Counted from the stretch's first letter, positions 13,032 to 24,379 are shown. The stretch: 64,000 nucleotides of DNA from Alphaproteobacteria bacterium (GCA_964291395.2 OZ219856.1:1408001-1472000); one strand, 5' to 3'. Translations and numbers: made by a program. Notes: generated by a model not told the origin, from the letters alone.

Positions 13032-13552
13032 CAGCTTCCTTCGACGAAGTGGCGATACAGCAGCAGGCACCCCGCGGCGTAGAGGGCGGCGGCAATGTCG
13101 TCAAGCATCACACCGAGGCCGCTTTTGACGTGCTTGTCGATCAATCCTGCCGGCCACGGCTTCACCACATCGAAGATCCGAAACAGAAGGAAGCCGAACG
13201 CATAGAGGAGGGCATCTATGGGGACGGCCGCCAATGTGAGCCACTGACCCGCGACCTCGTCGATGACGATCACCTTGGGATCGTTGTTTGCTATGCCTGC
13301 GGACCTGTTGGCCTCGAGAAAGGCATTGGAGGCCATCCAACCCGCGAAGAAGGCAAGCGTGGCGGCTACCACGAGGCCGGCACTGCCCCACAGGTGATGG
13401 ATGAGAACCGCGAACGGTAACGCCGCTAACGATCCCCAGGTGCCGGGAGCCTTGGGGAGCAGACCCGAACCGAACCACGTGGTCACTAACACGACGGGAT
13501 GCGCGGGGCGGAGCCCTGGCGGCAGACGGCTCGCGGCATGGACTTCGGTCAC
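13031..13552 (-). CDS. pgpA: phosphatidylglycerophosphatase A
   Basis: APGTWGS, DPKVIVIDEVAG, FRIFDVVKPWP, GVMLDD; GTG start overlaps the ispDF stop. Confidence 0.93.
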   Translation of the reverse strand: MTEVHAASRLPPGLRPAHPVVLVTTWFGSGLLPKAPGTWGSLAALPFAVLIHHLWGSAGLVVAATLAFFAGWMASNAFLEANRSAGIANNDPKVIVIDEVAGQWLTLAAVPIDALLYAFGFLLFRIFDVVKPWPAGLIDKHVKSGLGVMLDDIAAALYAAGCLLLYRHFVEGS

Positions 13553-14787
13553 CTGCCGGGGTGTCTCCTGGTCGGGTCGTCGATTGTTCGGCCCAAGGGT
13601 AATCGTACTGTCGCGGTGGCCACGGCCGTAATGCCTTCGCCGCGGCCCGTGAACCCGAGTCCTTCCGTCGTCGTGCCTTTGATGCTCACTCGAGAAGCAT
13701 CGATGCCCAGGATGGCGGCCAGACTCGCCTGCATCGGTGCTCGGTGTGGAGCGATCCGAGGGGATTCGCAAACGATCGTGACGTCGACGTGCATCAAGGC
13801 CCCGTTTGCCTCACGGATCCTTTCGGCTGCGAACGACGCAAACACTTCCGAACGCCTATCCCGCCATTCATCATCCGATGGCGGGAAATGAACGCCAATG
13901 TCGCCGGCACCAATCGATCCCAGGAGGGCGTCGGTCACGGCGTGCAGAGCGGCGTCCGCGTCCGAATGTCCTTGCAGGCCCTTGTCATGTGGGATGGCAA
14001 TGCCGCACAGCACGACATGATCACCGGGACCGAACCTGTGGGTGTCGATACCGTTTCCGACCCGAACGTCGCCGAGTCGCGCGGCGAGCAGCATTTCGGC
14101 GCGGTCGAGATCATCGCTCGTCGTGATCTTGAAGTTCTCGTCGTCGCCGGGTACCAGCACGACATCCAGTCCCGCCGCCTCTGCAACGGCCGCGTCGTCC
14201 GTTAACGCTCCTCCGGCAGACCGTTCGTGCGCGAGCGCGATCTCGTCGAACATGAAGGCTTGCGGGGTCTGCGCTCGCCACAGCCCGCGACGATCGAGCG
14301 TTTCCGTCACTTTCACGGTTCCGCCGGCTGAAGACTCTGGTTCGGCGCGTTTGACGGTATCGGCGACGGGCAGAGCGGCGACACTGCCGGCACAGGTGAC
14401 GCTATTTCCCCGGAGCGGCGCGAGCACCCGGTCGATCAGATCTCTCGTCACGAACGGTCTGGCGGCATCGTGGATCACCACTTGGCTGGGCGAGAGGGGT
14501 AATATGCTGTCTAGTCCCAGTCGAACGGAGTCCTGTCGCACTTCTCCGCCCACGACCGGCTTGAGGAGGGAGATACCGGAAGGACAATACGCCAACGATT
14601 GCTCGTAAAGCGGCAGGTGATCCCCGTGAATGACCACCCGAACGGCGTCGACGTCCGGGTGCCCGCCGATCGTGGCCAGACCGTACGACAGTACCGGCCG
14701 GCCGGCCAGGGCCGCATAGGGCTTGGGCATCGTCCCTCCGAACCGCGTGCTCCGTCCGGCCGCGACGATGAGGGCGACGACGCTCAT
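13549..14787 (-). CDS. ispDF: bifunctional IspD/IspF
   Basis: AAGRSTRFG, IHDAARP and AQTPQ (IspD); GHSDAD, GDIGVHFP and TTEGLGFTGRGEG (IspF). Confidence 0.95.
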   Translation of the reverse strand: MSVVALIVAAGRSTRFGGTMPKPYAALAGRPVLSYGLATIGGHPDVDAVRVVIHGDHLPLYEQSLAYCPSGISLLKPVVGGEVRQDSVRLGLDSILPLSPSQVVIHDAARPFVTRDLIDRVLAPLRGNSVTCAGSVAALPVADTVKRAEPESSAGGTVKVTETLDRRGLWRAQTPQAFMFDEIALAHERSAGGALTDDAAVAEAAGLDVVLVPGDDENFKITTSDDLDRAEMLLAARLGDVRVGNGIDTHRFGPGDHVVLCGIAIPHDKGLQGHSDADAALHAVTDALLGSIGAGDIGVHFPPSDDEWRDRRSEVFASFAAERIREANGALMHVDVTIVCESPRIAPHRAPMQASLAAILGIDASRVSIKGTTTEGLGFTGRGEGITAVATATVRLPLGRTIDDPTRRHPGR

Positions 14788-15038
14788 CGTTGGCTCCGAT
14801 TGAATGCCCGGTACATCCCCTTCCAGAATTGCTCCCATTTGCGGAGGGTTGACAAGATCTACCCCGGTGTGTCCCCGAACGGTCGAACGAATTCATGAAC
14901 CTTAGTCCATTTTGAGCGGGATTGCCCGTGTCACTCCGAGGTCTGTACCGACGGTCGGATTGCCTGCCCGGAAGTTCCTCAATAGAGTGCTTCGCTGGCC
15001 GAGGTTGAGAAAACGCGGGCAGGATCGGAAGTGTACCC

Positions 15039-15500
15039 ATGACAGAGCCCCGCTTCGATCTGTTGTTTCAGATCAAAATCGAGCTGTCGTCCGCGATTGA
15101 ACTGGGCGCGACGCCATATGGGCGGCTGCGGCGCGTCGACACGTTCGTCGAGGGGCGATTCGAGGGTCCAAAGCTCTCCGGTACGCTTGTAGCCGGCGGC
15201 AATGACCTGAGACTGACGCGATTTGACGGTACCTTTCACCCCGATGTTCGGGCCCTGCTTCGTACCGACGACGGTCATCACGTCCAGATGACCTATGAGG
15301 GAATCAGATCGGGACCAGAAGAGGTCTGGGACAGGGTCGAACGTGGTGAAGACGTCGATCCTTCCGAGTATTACTTCCGAATTGTCGCGCGGTTTGAAAC
15401 CGCCTCGGACAAGTACGGTTGGCTCAACCGAATTCTGGCTTTCGGCAGTGGTGTGCGTCTGCAGAGTGGACCTGTCTACGATATCTATCAAGTGCTCTGA
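15039..15500 (+). CDS. DUF3237-like beta-barrel protein
   Basis: G.FEGPKLSG, GGND, LRTDDG, YYFR..RFET, YGWLN pattern. Confidence 0.8.
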   Translation: MTEPRFDLLFQIKIELSSAIELGATPYGRLRRVDTFVEGRFEGPKLSGTLVAGGNDLRLTRFDGTFHPDVRALLRTDDGHHVQMTYEGIRSGPEEVWDRVERGEDVDPSEYYFRIVARFETASDKYGWLNRILAFGSGVRLQSGPVYDIYQVL

Positions 15501-15595
15501 TACTTGGCGGCGACGTGCAGGTCTCAAGCCTTGCACGAGGGGGACTGCGGACGTAATTTGCTCAAAATCTGGACACTCCCTTCATTGCACAGGAA

Positions 15596-16582
15596 ATGAG
15601 CATATTTGTCGGCGATGTGGAACTCTCGGCGCCCGTCATCCTTGCGCCGATGTCGGGCGTAACGGATCTGCCGTTCCGTAATCTGGTCAAACGTCTCGGC
15701 GCCGGGATGGTGGTATCCGAGATGATCGCCAGCGAGGCGATGATCCGGGAGAACCGGCGAACTCTGCTCATGGCGGCCAATCGGCCCGAGGAATACCCCA
15801 TGGCTGTTCAACTGGCGGGGTGCGAGCCGAAGACCATGGCGGAGGCTGCCCGTCTCAACGCCGACCGTGGAGCCTGCATCATCGATATAAACATGGGTTG
15901 TCCTGCGAAGAAAGTCGTCAACGGATATGCGGGTTCCGCCCTGATGCGCGATGAATCAGCGGCGGCCAGGATCATCGAGGCGACAGTGAACGCCGTGGAC
16001 CTTCCGGTAACGCTGAAGATGCGGACGGGCTGGGACGACGACCGCCGGAACGCGCCGTCGCTCGCTCGAATCGCCGAGAATGCGGGCGTCAAAATGATCT
16101 CCATCCATGGCCGAACACGCTGTCAGATGTACCGGGGCCGGTCGGACTGGCGCTTCATTCGAAAGGTCAAGGAAGCGGTTTCGATTCCGGTGGTCGCCAA
16201 CGGCGATGTGGTGACGCTCGATGATGCCAAACGCATACTCAGGGATTCCCGCGCCGATGCCCTGATGGTGGGGCGTGGCACTTACGGAAAACCTTGGTTT
16301 ATCAATCAGATAATAGAGTTTCTCGAAACTGGAACGAAACCCCAAGAACCATCTCTGCAGACGAAGTTCGAACTGCTGTCGGAACACTACGAGGCAATGT
16401 TGAGCCACTACGGGAACGAGTCAGGGGTGCGCGTCGCGCGCAAGCATTTGTCCTGGTACACGAAAGGTTTGGCGGGATCCGCAGCGCTGCGAAGCCGTCT
16501 GAATCGGCTCGATACGGCAAAAGCAGTCAAGGCCGTGCTCTCCGACTTCTTCAGCGCCCGCATATGGGGTGCAGTGGCGTGA
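15596..16582 (+). CDS. dusB: tRNA-dihydrouridine synthase B (NifR3)
   Basis: LAPMSGVTD, DINMGCPAKKV, IHGRTR; first gene of the nifR3-ntrBC cluster. Confidence 0.95.
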   Translation: MSIFVGDVELSAPVILAPMSGVTDLPFRNLVKRLGAGMVVSEMIASEAMIRENRRTLLMAANRPEEYPMAVQLAGCEPKTMAEAARLNADRGACIIDINMGCPAKKVVNGYAGSALMRDESAAARIIEATVNAVDLPVTLKMRTGWDDDRRNAPSLARIAENAGVKMISIHGRTRCQMYRGRSDWRFIRKVKEAVSIPVVANGDVVTLDDAKRILRDSRADALMVGRGTYGKPWFINQIIEFLETGTKPQEPSLQTKFELLSEHYEAMLSHYGNESGVRVARKHLSWYTKGLAGSAALRSRLNRLDTAKAVKAVLSDFFSARIWGAVA

Positions 16583-17703
16583 CCGTGACGACCCAGTCGG
16601 TCAACGACTCCATCGAGGTGCTGGGGCGGCCCGACGGCCGGCCCTCCCAAGGAGATGCCGTCGTGCACGCGCTGCCCGATCCGATTCTAGTCATCGATGC
16701 CGCCGACCGCATCCGATACGTGAATACTGCGGCCGAACAGTTTTTTGAGCTGGGCCGGGATGCGCTCAATCAGCTTTCAATCCAGGTACTCACCGCCCCT
16801 GACAGTCCCGTCGTCGATCTCATCGGCCGAGTCCGGTTGACCGGGTTGAGCATTTCAGATCACGATCTGGAATTGACGTCGCCCCGGGACGAGATGCGGC
16901 GCGTGGATGTGCATGTGGGACTCCTGCACGAGGCACAGGGAGACGTCCTGGTATGCCTCAGGAAACGGACGTTTGCGGATATCATCAGCCGTCAACTGAC
17001 CTCCAGGGATTCGGTACGGTCGGTTACCGCGATGGCGGCGGTACTGGCGCACGAGGTCAGGAATCCGTTGGCAGGTATCCGGGGGGCCGCTCAACTTCTG
17101 GAACGTGAGAATCAGGGAGATGACCGGTCTCTGGCGCGCCTCATTCGGGATGAGGTGGATCGAATCTGCTCGCTCGTCAAGAACATGGAGGTTTTCGCGG
17201 ATGAACGGCCAATCCAAATCGAGCCCGTCAATATCCATGAGGTGTTGAACCACGTTCGCCGTCTGGTAGAGGCGGGCTCGTCCGAAACACCGCTTCAGTT
17301 TGACGAGCGGTACGATCCTTCGTTGCCACCGGTTTTGGGCAACCGGGATCAACTGGTTCAGGCCTTGTTGAACTTGATCAACAATTCGGTCGAAGCGTTC
17401 GGGAGCGGCGGCGGCGAGATCACCCTGACAACCGCCTATCGCCACGGCATGCGGGCCACCGTTCCGGGATCGAAAAGTTGGTTGAAGCTGCCTCTTGAAG
17501 TGGCGGTTCGGGACAACGGTCCCGGCATTCCGGATGAAGTCCAGGCCAATTTGTTCGATGCGTTCGTCACCGGGAAACGCGGCGGTACGGGTCTGGGCCT
17601 CGCTCTGGTGGCTAAGATCGTGAAGGATCACGGTGGCGTCATCGAGTTCGAGTCGCGTCCCCGACGCACCGAATTCCGCGTGCGCCTCCCCGTTGCCGGT
17701 TAG
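16579..17703 (+). CDS. ntrB: nitrogen regulation sensor kinase NtrB
   Basis: PAS domain, LAHEVRNPL, YDPSLP, GTGLGL; GTGA overlap with dusB. Confidence 0.93.
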   Translation: MTVTTQSVNDSIEVLGRPDGRPSQGDAVVHALPDPILVIDAADRIRYVNTAAEQFFELGRDALNQLSIQVLTAPDSPVVDLIGRVRLTGLSISDHDLELTSPRDEMRRVDVHVGLLHEAQGDVLVCLRKRTFADIISRQLTSRDSVRSVTAMAAVLAHEVRNPLAGIRGAAQLLERENQGDDRSLARLIRDEVDRICSLVKNMEVFADERPIQIEPVNIHEVLNHVRRLVEAGSSETPLQFDERYDPSLPPVLGNRDQLVQALLNLINNSVEAFGSGGGEITLTTAYRHGMRATVPGSKSWLKLPLEVAVRDNGPGIPDEVQANLFDAFVTGKRGGTGLGLALVAKIVKDHGGVIEFESRPRRTEFRVRLPVAG

Positions 17704-17742
17704 TGCGAACAGGTGAAAAGCGATCATCCAGGAGTTGTCCCG

Positions 17743-19191
17743 ATGGCAGAAGGCACAGTTCTCGTTGCCGACGACGACAGCGGCATTCGGACCGTTATCG
17801 GTCATGCGCTGGGTCGCGAGGGGTATGAAGTTCGCTCGACTGGCAACGCTGCAACGCTGTGGCGGTGGGTGTCTGACGGCGAGGGAGATCTCGTCGTCAC
17901 CGATGTGATCATGCCGGACGAGGACGGTTTGGATCTTTTGTCGAGAATCACTAGGATCCGTCCCGAGCTTCCGGTTGTCGTGATGAGCGCCCGCAATACG
18001 ATGCTCATGGCCATCCGCGCGACGGAACGGGGCGCCTACGAATATCTTCCGAAACCATTCGACCTCAACGAGTTGGCCCGGATTGTCGAGCGCGCGCTCA
18101 CGTCTCCGGTCGTGACTCCGCACGAGGAGTCCTCGCAACGAGCCGGTCTGGACGAGGCCATGCCCCTGATCGGGCGGTCACCAGCGATGCAAGAGCTCTA
18201 TCGACTGCTTGCACGTCTGGTTGGAACCGACCTCACCGTGTTGATTTCCGGACCCTCTGGCACCGGGAAGGAGCTCGTTGCCCGCGCGCTGCACGACTAT
18301 GGGAAACGCCGGCACGGTCCTTTTGTGCCGATCAATATGGCCGCGATACCTCGAGAGCTCATCGAAAGTGAATTGTTCGGCCACGAAAAAGGGGCCTTTA
18401 CGGGTGCGACGTCCCGGGGCGTTGGGAAATTTGAACAGGCGGAGGGGGGAACTCTGTTTCTCGATGAAATCGGCGATATGCCCATGGAAGCGCAGACTCG
18501 ATTGTTGCGGGTTTTGCAGCAGGGTGAATTTACCACCGTTGGTGGACGCCGTTCGATCAGGGCGGACGTGAGAATCGTTGCCGCGACCAATCGGAACCTT
18601 CGCCAGTTCGTCCGGCAAGGGCTCTTTCGTGAGGATCTGTTCTATCGATTGAACGTCGTTCCGGTGCGCCTTCCACCTCTCAAGGAGCGTGTGGAAGACC
18701 TACCGGACTTGGTTCACCACTTCCTTGGCGTGGCGGCGGATGATGGATTGCCGCAGAAGACCATCTCGGCCGAGGCGCTGAGACTTCTCAAATCCTACTC
18801 CTGGCCGGGCAACGTTCGAGAGCTCGAGAATCTCGTCCGGCGTCTAACGGTACTGTATGCCGAAGAGTCGATCGACGCCGAAGTCGTCCGTAGGGAACTC
18901 GACGAGGCCAGTGTCGGCACGGCACCGGAATCCGACAGGTCCACCGACTCGTTCGGCGAGTCGGTGGAGCGTCATTTGAGCCGATATTTCGCGGCACACG
19001 AAGACGGTTTGCCCCCGAGCGGGTTGTACGGCCGCGTGATCAAGGAGGTCGAACGCCCGCTGATCGCCATGTGTTTGAGCGCCACCCGCGGAAACCAGAT
19101 TCGCGCGGCGAAACTGCTGGGTCTCAATCGGAACACGTTGCGCAAAAAGATCAATGAGCTTCAAATTCCGGTTGTGCGCGGGGTCCAGTGA
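17743..19191 (+). CDS. ntrC: nitrogen regulation protein NtrC
   Basis: receiver domain, AAA+ with [15 protein letters not shown], Fis-type [14 protein letters not shown]. Confidence 0.96.
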   Translation: MAEGTVLVADDDSGIRTVIGHALGREGYEVRSTGNAATLWRWVSDGEGDLVVTDVIMPDEDGLDLLSRITRIRPELPVVVMSARNTMLMAIRATERGAYEYLPKPFDLNELARIVERALTSPVVTPHEESSQRAGLDEAMPLIGRSPAMQELYRLLARLVGTDLTVLISGPSGTGKELVARALHDYGKRRHGPFVPINMAAIPRELIESELFGHEKGAFTGATSRGVGKFEQAEGGTLFLDEIGDMPMEAQTRLLRVLQQGEFTTVGGRRSIRADVRIVAATNRNLRQFVRQGLFREDLFYRLNVVPVRLPPLKERVEDLPDLVHHFLGVAADDGLPQKTISAEALRLLKSYSWPGNVRELENLVRRLTVLYAEESIDAEVVRRELDEASVGTAPESDRSTDSFGESVERHLSRYFAAHEDGLPPSGLYGRVIKEVERPLIAMCLSATRGNQIRAAKLLGLNRNTLRKKINELQIPVVRGVQ

Positions 19192-19286
19192 TGCATAGTT
19201 GTCACATGTACATAAATTTGATGTGTCCGTTGTGCATCTCAACGCGGTAGCGCCAGGCAATCGGAATTGCCTTTGACCGCCGGACC

Positions 19287-21518
19287 ATGTCCACCAAGCT
19301 ACAGATTCTGAACGAGAATTCACTGCACCGAATATCGGTCTGGGCCCGGGACGTGGGTCTGGGCCGCAAGCTCGCGGTAGCTCTGCTCATCGCAGCAATT
19401 GTGTCCGGCGTGGCGACCTACATCGTGCTCACTGGCTCTTCGCCGTTCGGACCTGATCCTCGGGTGGTCTTCAGCCTGCTTCTCGTGGACTTGGTCTTGG
19501 GATTGCTTCTCGGCGCGGTCGTCTCATTCCGACTGGTAAGGCTGTGGTTGGAGAGGCGCCGAGGAGAGGCGGGCTCGCGATTGCATACCCGTCTGGTGTT
19601 CATGTTCAGCTTCGTGGCGGTCGCGCCCGCCATCGTCGTCGCGGTGTTCTCGTTCCTGTTCTTCGATCTGGGTGTCCAGGCCTGGTTCAGCGATCCCGTC
19701 AGGAGGGCGGTTTCCGAGTCCTTGGTCGTCGCCAAGGCGTACACCAAGGAGCATCGTCAGCTCATTCGGGCGGACGCGCTGGCGATGGCCGTGGATCTGA
19801 ACCGGGAAGCGCCTTCGCTCATTCGCAATCCGGCGCGGTTCAGACAGATCGTGGCGGCGCAAACCGCGCTGAGAGGCCTCTCGGAAGCCATCGTCTTCGA
19901 ACGCGGTGGACGAGTCCTCGCCAGATCCGAGCTCGCGTTCTCCATGGCGTTCGAACTCGCTCCGGATGATGCCATGGAACAGGCTGAAAGCGGTGAGGTC
20001 GCGATCGTCAATGACGACAACTACGACCGCGTGAGGGCCTTGGTCCGTCTCGATCACGTCCCGAACGCGTTCCTCTTCGTCGGTCGCTACGTGGATCCGA
20101 AAGTGCATAGTTACGTCGCCCGGGCGGAGCTTGCCGTCGACGAATACCAGCGTCTGGAAGGTGCGAGATCGGGCATCCGCATCAACTTCGTCCTGATCTT
20201 CGCTATCGTGGCGTTGCTCATGCTGCTTGCCGCGATTTGGTTCGCGCTGTCATTCGCGGCGCGTCTGATGGGACCGGTGTCCAGTCTGGTCGGCGCGGCC
20301 GAACAAGCGCGTGGCGGCGATCTGTCCGTCCGCGTTCCCGAAGGACCGTTGGACGATGAGATCGGCACGCTGAGCCGCGCCTTCAACCGGATGACGTCTC
20401 AACTCCAGGCACATCGCACCGAACTCGTCGACGCCAACCAGCAACTGGAAACCCGTCGGCGTTTCACGGAAGCGGTACTCTCCGGTGTGTCCGCCGGCGT
20501 TATCGGCCTCGACGCCAACGGTCGGATCAACCTGCCCAACCGCTCGGCCACCCAGTTGTTGGACATGGATGCCGAGTCGCTGGCGGGTCAGTCCCTCGTC
20601 AATGCGGTTCCAGAGATGGCGGGTTTGCTCATGGCTGCCCGTAGCCGTCCGGGCAGGATCGCGGAAGGTGACGTTTCGATCACCCGGCGCGGCAGGAAGC
20701 GGACACTGCATTGCAGAATTTCCGCGGAGGGCAGAGGTGACAATCTCGATGGTTTCGTCGTCACCTTCGACGATATCACGGACCTTGTATCCGCACAGAG
20801 GACCTCTGCATGGGCGGACATCGCACGGCGGATCGCCCATGAAATCAAGAATCCGTTGACGCCGATTCAACTTTCGGCAGAGCGCCTGAAACGCAAGTAT
20901 CAGGATGAGGTTTCATCGGATCCGCATGTCTTCAGTCAGTGTACGGACACCATTATTCGTCAGGTCGGGGATATCGGGCGGATGATCGACGAGTTCTCCG
21001 CGTTCGCACGCATGCCGTCACCCAACTTTAATCCGGAGAACCTTCGAGACCTCGTGCAGCAGGCGCTGTTCATGCAGCAGGTTGCACACCCCAACATCGA
21101 GTTCAAAAGCAACTTGCCGGACGGGGAAGTCGAATTGATGTGTGATCGCCACCAGACGGCACAGGTTCTGACAAACCTGCTGCAGAACGCCGCCGACGCG
21201 ATCAACGAAGACGGGCCTGCCGAAGAAACCGGTCCGGCCGGCAAGATCGAGGTGGCGGTTGAGGACGACGGTTCGTCGGTGACTGTGGAGATCTCCGACA
21301 ATGGACCCGGCTTGCCGGCAGAGCAGCGGGATCGTTTGTTCGAGCCCTACGTTACGACACGGGCCAAGGGAACGGGCCTCGGATTGGCCATCGTGAAAAA
21401 AGTGATGGAGGATCACTCTGGCGAACTATTTCTCGAAAACGGGCCTAGCGGCGGTACCTGTGCCCGTTTGGTATTCCATCGCGAAGTGAAGGAATCGTCG
21501 GATGAACGGGCGGCGTGA
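19287..21518 (+). CDS. ntrY: sensor histidine kinase NtrY
   Basis: TM + HAMP + PAS, AWADIARRIAHEIKNPLTPIQLSAERL. Confidence 0.94.
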   Translation: MSTKLQILNENSLHRISVWARDVGLGRKLAVALLIAAIVSGVATYIVLTGSSPFGPDPRVVFSLLLVDLVLGLLLGAVVSFRLVRLWLERRRGEAGSRLHTRLVFMFSFVAVAPAIVVAVFSFLFFDLGVQAWFSDPVRRAVSESLVVAKAYTKEHRQLIRADALAMAVDLNREAPSLIRNPARFRQIVAAQTALRGLSEAIVFERGGRVLARSELAFSMAFELAPDDAMEQAESGEVAIVNDDNYDRVRALVRLDHVPNAFLFVGRYVDPKVHSYVARAELAVDEYQRLEGARSGIRINFVLIFAIVALLMLLAAIWFALSFAARLMGPVSSLVGAAEQARGGDLSVRVPEGPLDDEIGTLSRAFNRMTSQLQAHRTELVDANQQLETRRRFTEAVLSGVSAGVIGLDANGRINLPNRSATQLLDMDAESLAGQSLVNAVPEMAGLLMAARSRPGRIAEGDVSITRRGRKRTLHCRISAEGRGDNLDGFVVTFDDITDLVSAQRTSAWADIARRIAHEIKNPLTPIQLSAERLKRKYQDEVSSDPHVFSQCTDTIIRQVGDIGRMIDEFSAFARMPSPNFNPENLRDLVQQALFMQQVAHPNIEFKSNLPDGEVELMCDRHQTAQVLTNLLQNAADAINEDGPAEETGPAGKIEVAVEDDGSSVTVEISDNGPGLPAEQRDRLFEPYVTTRAKGTGLGLAIVKKVMEDHSGELFLENGPSGGTCARLVFHREVKESSDERAA

Positions 21519-21543
21519 TCTCGACTCGGGCGGGTGCTGAAGC

Positions 21544-22944
21544 ATGGCTAGTGACATACTGATCGTCGACGACGAGGCCGACATTCGGGAGCTGGTTTCG
21601 GGAATTCTGGTCGACGAGGGATACGAAGCACGTGTCGCGTCAGACAGCAAGTCGGCCCTTCAGGAGGTCACCCGGCGACTGCCCACGCTTTTGATCCTCG
21701 ATATCTGGCTTCAGGGCAGCGAGATCGATGGACTGGAACTGCTGGACATCGTGCTCGGCGATCATCCGCACCTGCCTGCCATCATGATCAGTGGTCACGG
21801 CAATATCGAGACGGCCGTTTCGGCCATCAAGAGAGGGGCGTACGATTACATCGAAAAGCCATTTAAGACCGACCGCTTGATCACTGTCGTCTCGAGAGCT
21901 ATCGAAACGGCGCGGCTCCGCCGCGAGAACGAGGAGCTTCGCCTGCGGACGTGGCAGGAGACGGCTCTGATTGGCGAATCAAACGAGATCGAAGCCTTGA
22001 GGGCCGCCATCGGTAAGGTGGCACCCACTGGTGCGCGCGCTTTGATCACCGGACCATCGGGGTCCGGAAAGGAAGTTGCTGCGCGACTGCTTCACGAACG
22101 TTCCGCAAGATCCAGAGGGCCCTTCGTCGTCCTGAACGCCGCTAGTATGGCGCCCGAACGGGTCGAGGTCGAGCTGTTCGGCGTGGAGGAGGGCACCGAG
22201 GGTGCCGACCGGCGGCGCAAGATCGGCACGCTGGAGCAGGCGCATGGCGGGACGTTGTTCATCGACGAAGTCGCGGACATGCCGTTGGAGACGCAGGCCA
22301 AAATCCTTCGCGTCCTCCAGGAACAACGTTTCGAGAGGGTCGGGGGGACCACGAAAATCCAAGTGGATGTGCGAGTCGTCAGCGCGTCCACGCGCGATTT
22401 GATGGCCGAGATCGCCGCCGGCCGGTTTCGGGAAGACCTGTACCATCGACTCAACGTCGTTCCCATTCGTGTGCCGGCGTTGAACGATCGCCCGGATGAC
22501 GTTCCCATCCTCACTCGTTACTTTCTCAAGCGCATCGCCGATGCTTCGGGGCTCAGCCCATGCGAAATCAGTGAAGACGCGTTGGCGGTCCTACAGGCCT
22601 GTGAGTGGCCGGGAAACGTGCGCGAACTAAGGAACCTGATCGAACGCCTTCTGATCATGGCGCCGGAGCGGCCTGTCAGGGTCATCCGGGTCGATGAGTT
22701 GCCACCGGAGTACACGATGGGGCCTCGATCAGCCATCGCGTTCAATGGTCGTGAAGAGATCATGGCCATGCCGCTCCGCGAGGCGCGCGAAGTATTTGAA
22801 CGCGAGTACCTTGCGGCTCAAGTCACGAGATTCCGCGGGAATATCTCCCGAACGGCGGGATTCGTGGGTATGGAACGGTCGGCGCTTCATCGCAAGCTGA
22901 AGTCTCTTGGGGTCGGTGGCAACGGAACCGATCGTGCCGCTTGA
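21544..22944 (+). CDS. ntrX: response regulator NtrX
   Basis: LDIWLQGS receiver, AAA+ domain, GMERSALHRKLK. Confidence 0.95.
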   Translation: MASDILIVDDEADIRELVSGILVDEGYEARVASDSKSALQEVTRRLPTLLILDIWLQGSEIDGLELLDIVLGDHPHLPAIMISGHGNIETAVSAIKRGAYDYIEKPFKTDRLITVVSRAIETARLRRENEELRLRTWQETALIGESNEIEALRAAIGKVAPTGARALITGPSGSGKEVAARLLHERSARSRGPFVVLNAASMAPERVEVELFGVEEGTEGADRRRKIGTLEQAHGGTLFIDEVADMPLETQAKILRVLQEQRFERVGGTTKIQVDVRVVSASTRDLMAEIAAGRFREDLYHRLNVVPIRVPALNDRPDDVPILTRYFLKRIADASGLSPCEISEDALAVLQACEWPGNVRELRNLIERLLIMAPERPVRVIRVDELPPEYTMGPRSAIAFNGREEIMAMPLREAREVFEREYLAAQVTRFRGNISRTAGFVGMERSALHRKLKSLGVGGNGTDRAA

Positions 22945-22981
22945 GCGCGCATCCGCCGACACGATGATTTCGAGCTAGCCC

Positions 22982-24358
22982 ATGAAGGTCATCGTATGCG
23001 GTGCCGGCTTGGTCGGTTTCAACATCGCCCGATATCTGTCTGGTGAAAGAAACGACGTGACGGTCATCGATCAGTCGCCCGACCTCATCAAGCGGGTGAG
23101 CGACCAACTGGATGTGCAGGGCATCGTCGGATTTGCCTCCCATCCGGACGTGCTCGATGCCGCCGACGCAGGTGGAGCCGACGTCATCATCGCCGTCACG
23201 CAGCGCGACGAAGTCAATATGGTTGCGTGCCAGGTTGCGCACGGCCTCTTCAACATTCCCACGAAAATCGCCCGCGTCCGGGCTCAGAATTATCTCGACC
23301 CCGCATGGAGCGATCTGTTTACCCGCGAGAACTTGCCCATTGACGTGACCATTTCTCCGGAGATCGAGGTCGCCCGCGCCGTCATGCGCCGCCTGCAGGT
23401 ACCGGGAGCGATCGACATGGTTCCGTTCGCCGATGGCAAGGTTCAAGTGATTGCGACACGGCTCAACGAAGGATGCCCCGTTGTCGACACCCCGCTGCGG
23501 AGGCTGACCGAATTGTTCCCCGACCTCCATATCCGAGTCATGGGAATCGTCCGGGATCAGAAAGTCATGGCCCTGTCGGGAGACAGCTCCATGTCTGTCG
23601 GTGACGAGGTCTACTTTGCAGCTGAAGTCGATCACGTGCCACGGGCCCTGGCGGCATTCGGACATGAGGAAGTCGAGGCACGCCGGGTGTTGATCGTGGG
23701 CGGCGGCAATGTCGGCCTGTCGCTCGCCAGGGAAATCGAGGAGGCCTACCCCAGGGTTTCTCCCAAGATCATCGAGCATAACCGGGAACGCGCGGGCGAC
23801 ATCGCTGAACAACTGCAGCGAACGGTGGTCCTGTGCGGCGACGTTCTGGATCGCGATATACTCAACGAGGCCAACGTGCAGGCCACGGAAACGGTCGTGG
23901 CCGTGACCAATGACGATGAGGTCAACATTCTGGCTTCGCTGCTCGCGAAGAGCGAGGGTTGCGAGCGGGCGATCACGCTGATCAACAACGTGACCTTTGA
24001 ACCGCTGCTGGCCTCGTTGGGAATCGATGTGGTGGTCAATCCCCGTGCCATCACGGTGTCGCGAATCCTTCAGTACGTGAGGCGCGGTCGTATTCGTGGA
24101 GTTCACAGTCTCAGGGACGGCCTGGCCGAAATCATCGAGGCCGAGGCCATGGAAACCTCGTCGATGGTCGGAGTTCCGATCCGGGACGTGGACCTCCCGG
24201 GCGGTATGGTCGCGGGGGCGGTGATTCGCGGCGATGAAGTCATCATTCCCAGGGGTAGTACGGTGATTCAGCCCAAGGATCGGGTGGTGATCTTCACGAT
24301 CGCCGAAGACGTCAAACATCTGGAAAAAATGTTCTCCGTACGTCTCGAGTATTTCTGA
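22982..24358 (+). CDS. trkA: Trk potassium uptake NAD-binding subunit
   Basis: two RCK pairs, GAGLVG and GGGNVG Rossmann motifs. Confidence 0.95.
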   Translation: MKVIVCGAGLVGFNIARYLSGERNDVTVIDQSPDLIKRVSDQLDVQGIVGFASHPDVLDAADAGGADVIIAVTQRDEVNMVACQVAHGLFNIPTKIARVRAQNYLDPAWSDLFTRENLPIDVTISPEIEVARAVMRRLQVPGAIDMVPFADGKVQVIATRLNEGCPVVDTPLRRLTELFPDLHIRVMGIVRDQKVMALSGDSSMSVGDEVYFAAEVDHVPRALAAFGHEEVEARRVLIVGGGNVGLSLAREIEEAYPRVSPKIIEHNRERAGDIAEQLQRTVVLCGDVLDRDILNEANVQATETVVAVTNDDEVNILASLLAKSEGCERAITLINNVTFEPLLASLGIDVVVNPRAITVSRILQYVRRGRIRGVHSLRDGLAEIIEAEAMETSSMVGVPIRDVDLPGGMVAGAVIRGDEVIIPRGSTVIQPKDRVVIFTIAEDVKHLEKMFSVRLEYF

Positions 24359-24379
24359 GGACCTCGCCGGCAATCCCCA

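Noticed and set aside
15559-15575. TGCTCAAAATCTGGACA upstream of dusB as an NtrC site
   Set aside because: Plausible position but only a loose match to TGCAC-N7-GTGCA; not supportable without a weight matrix
21544-22944. AAA+ regulator lacking the GAFTGA motif
   Set aside because: Known property of alphaproteobacterial NtrX
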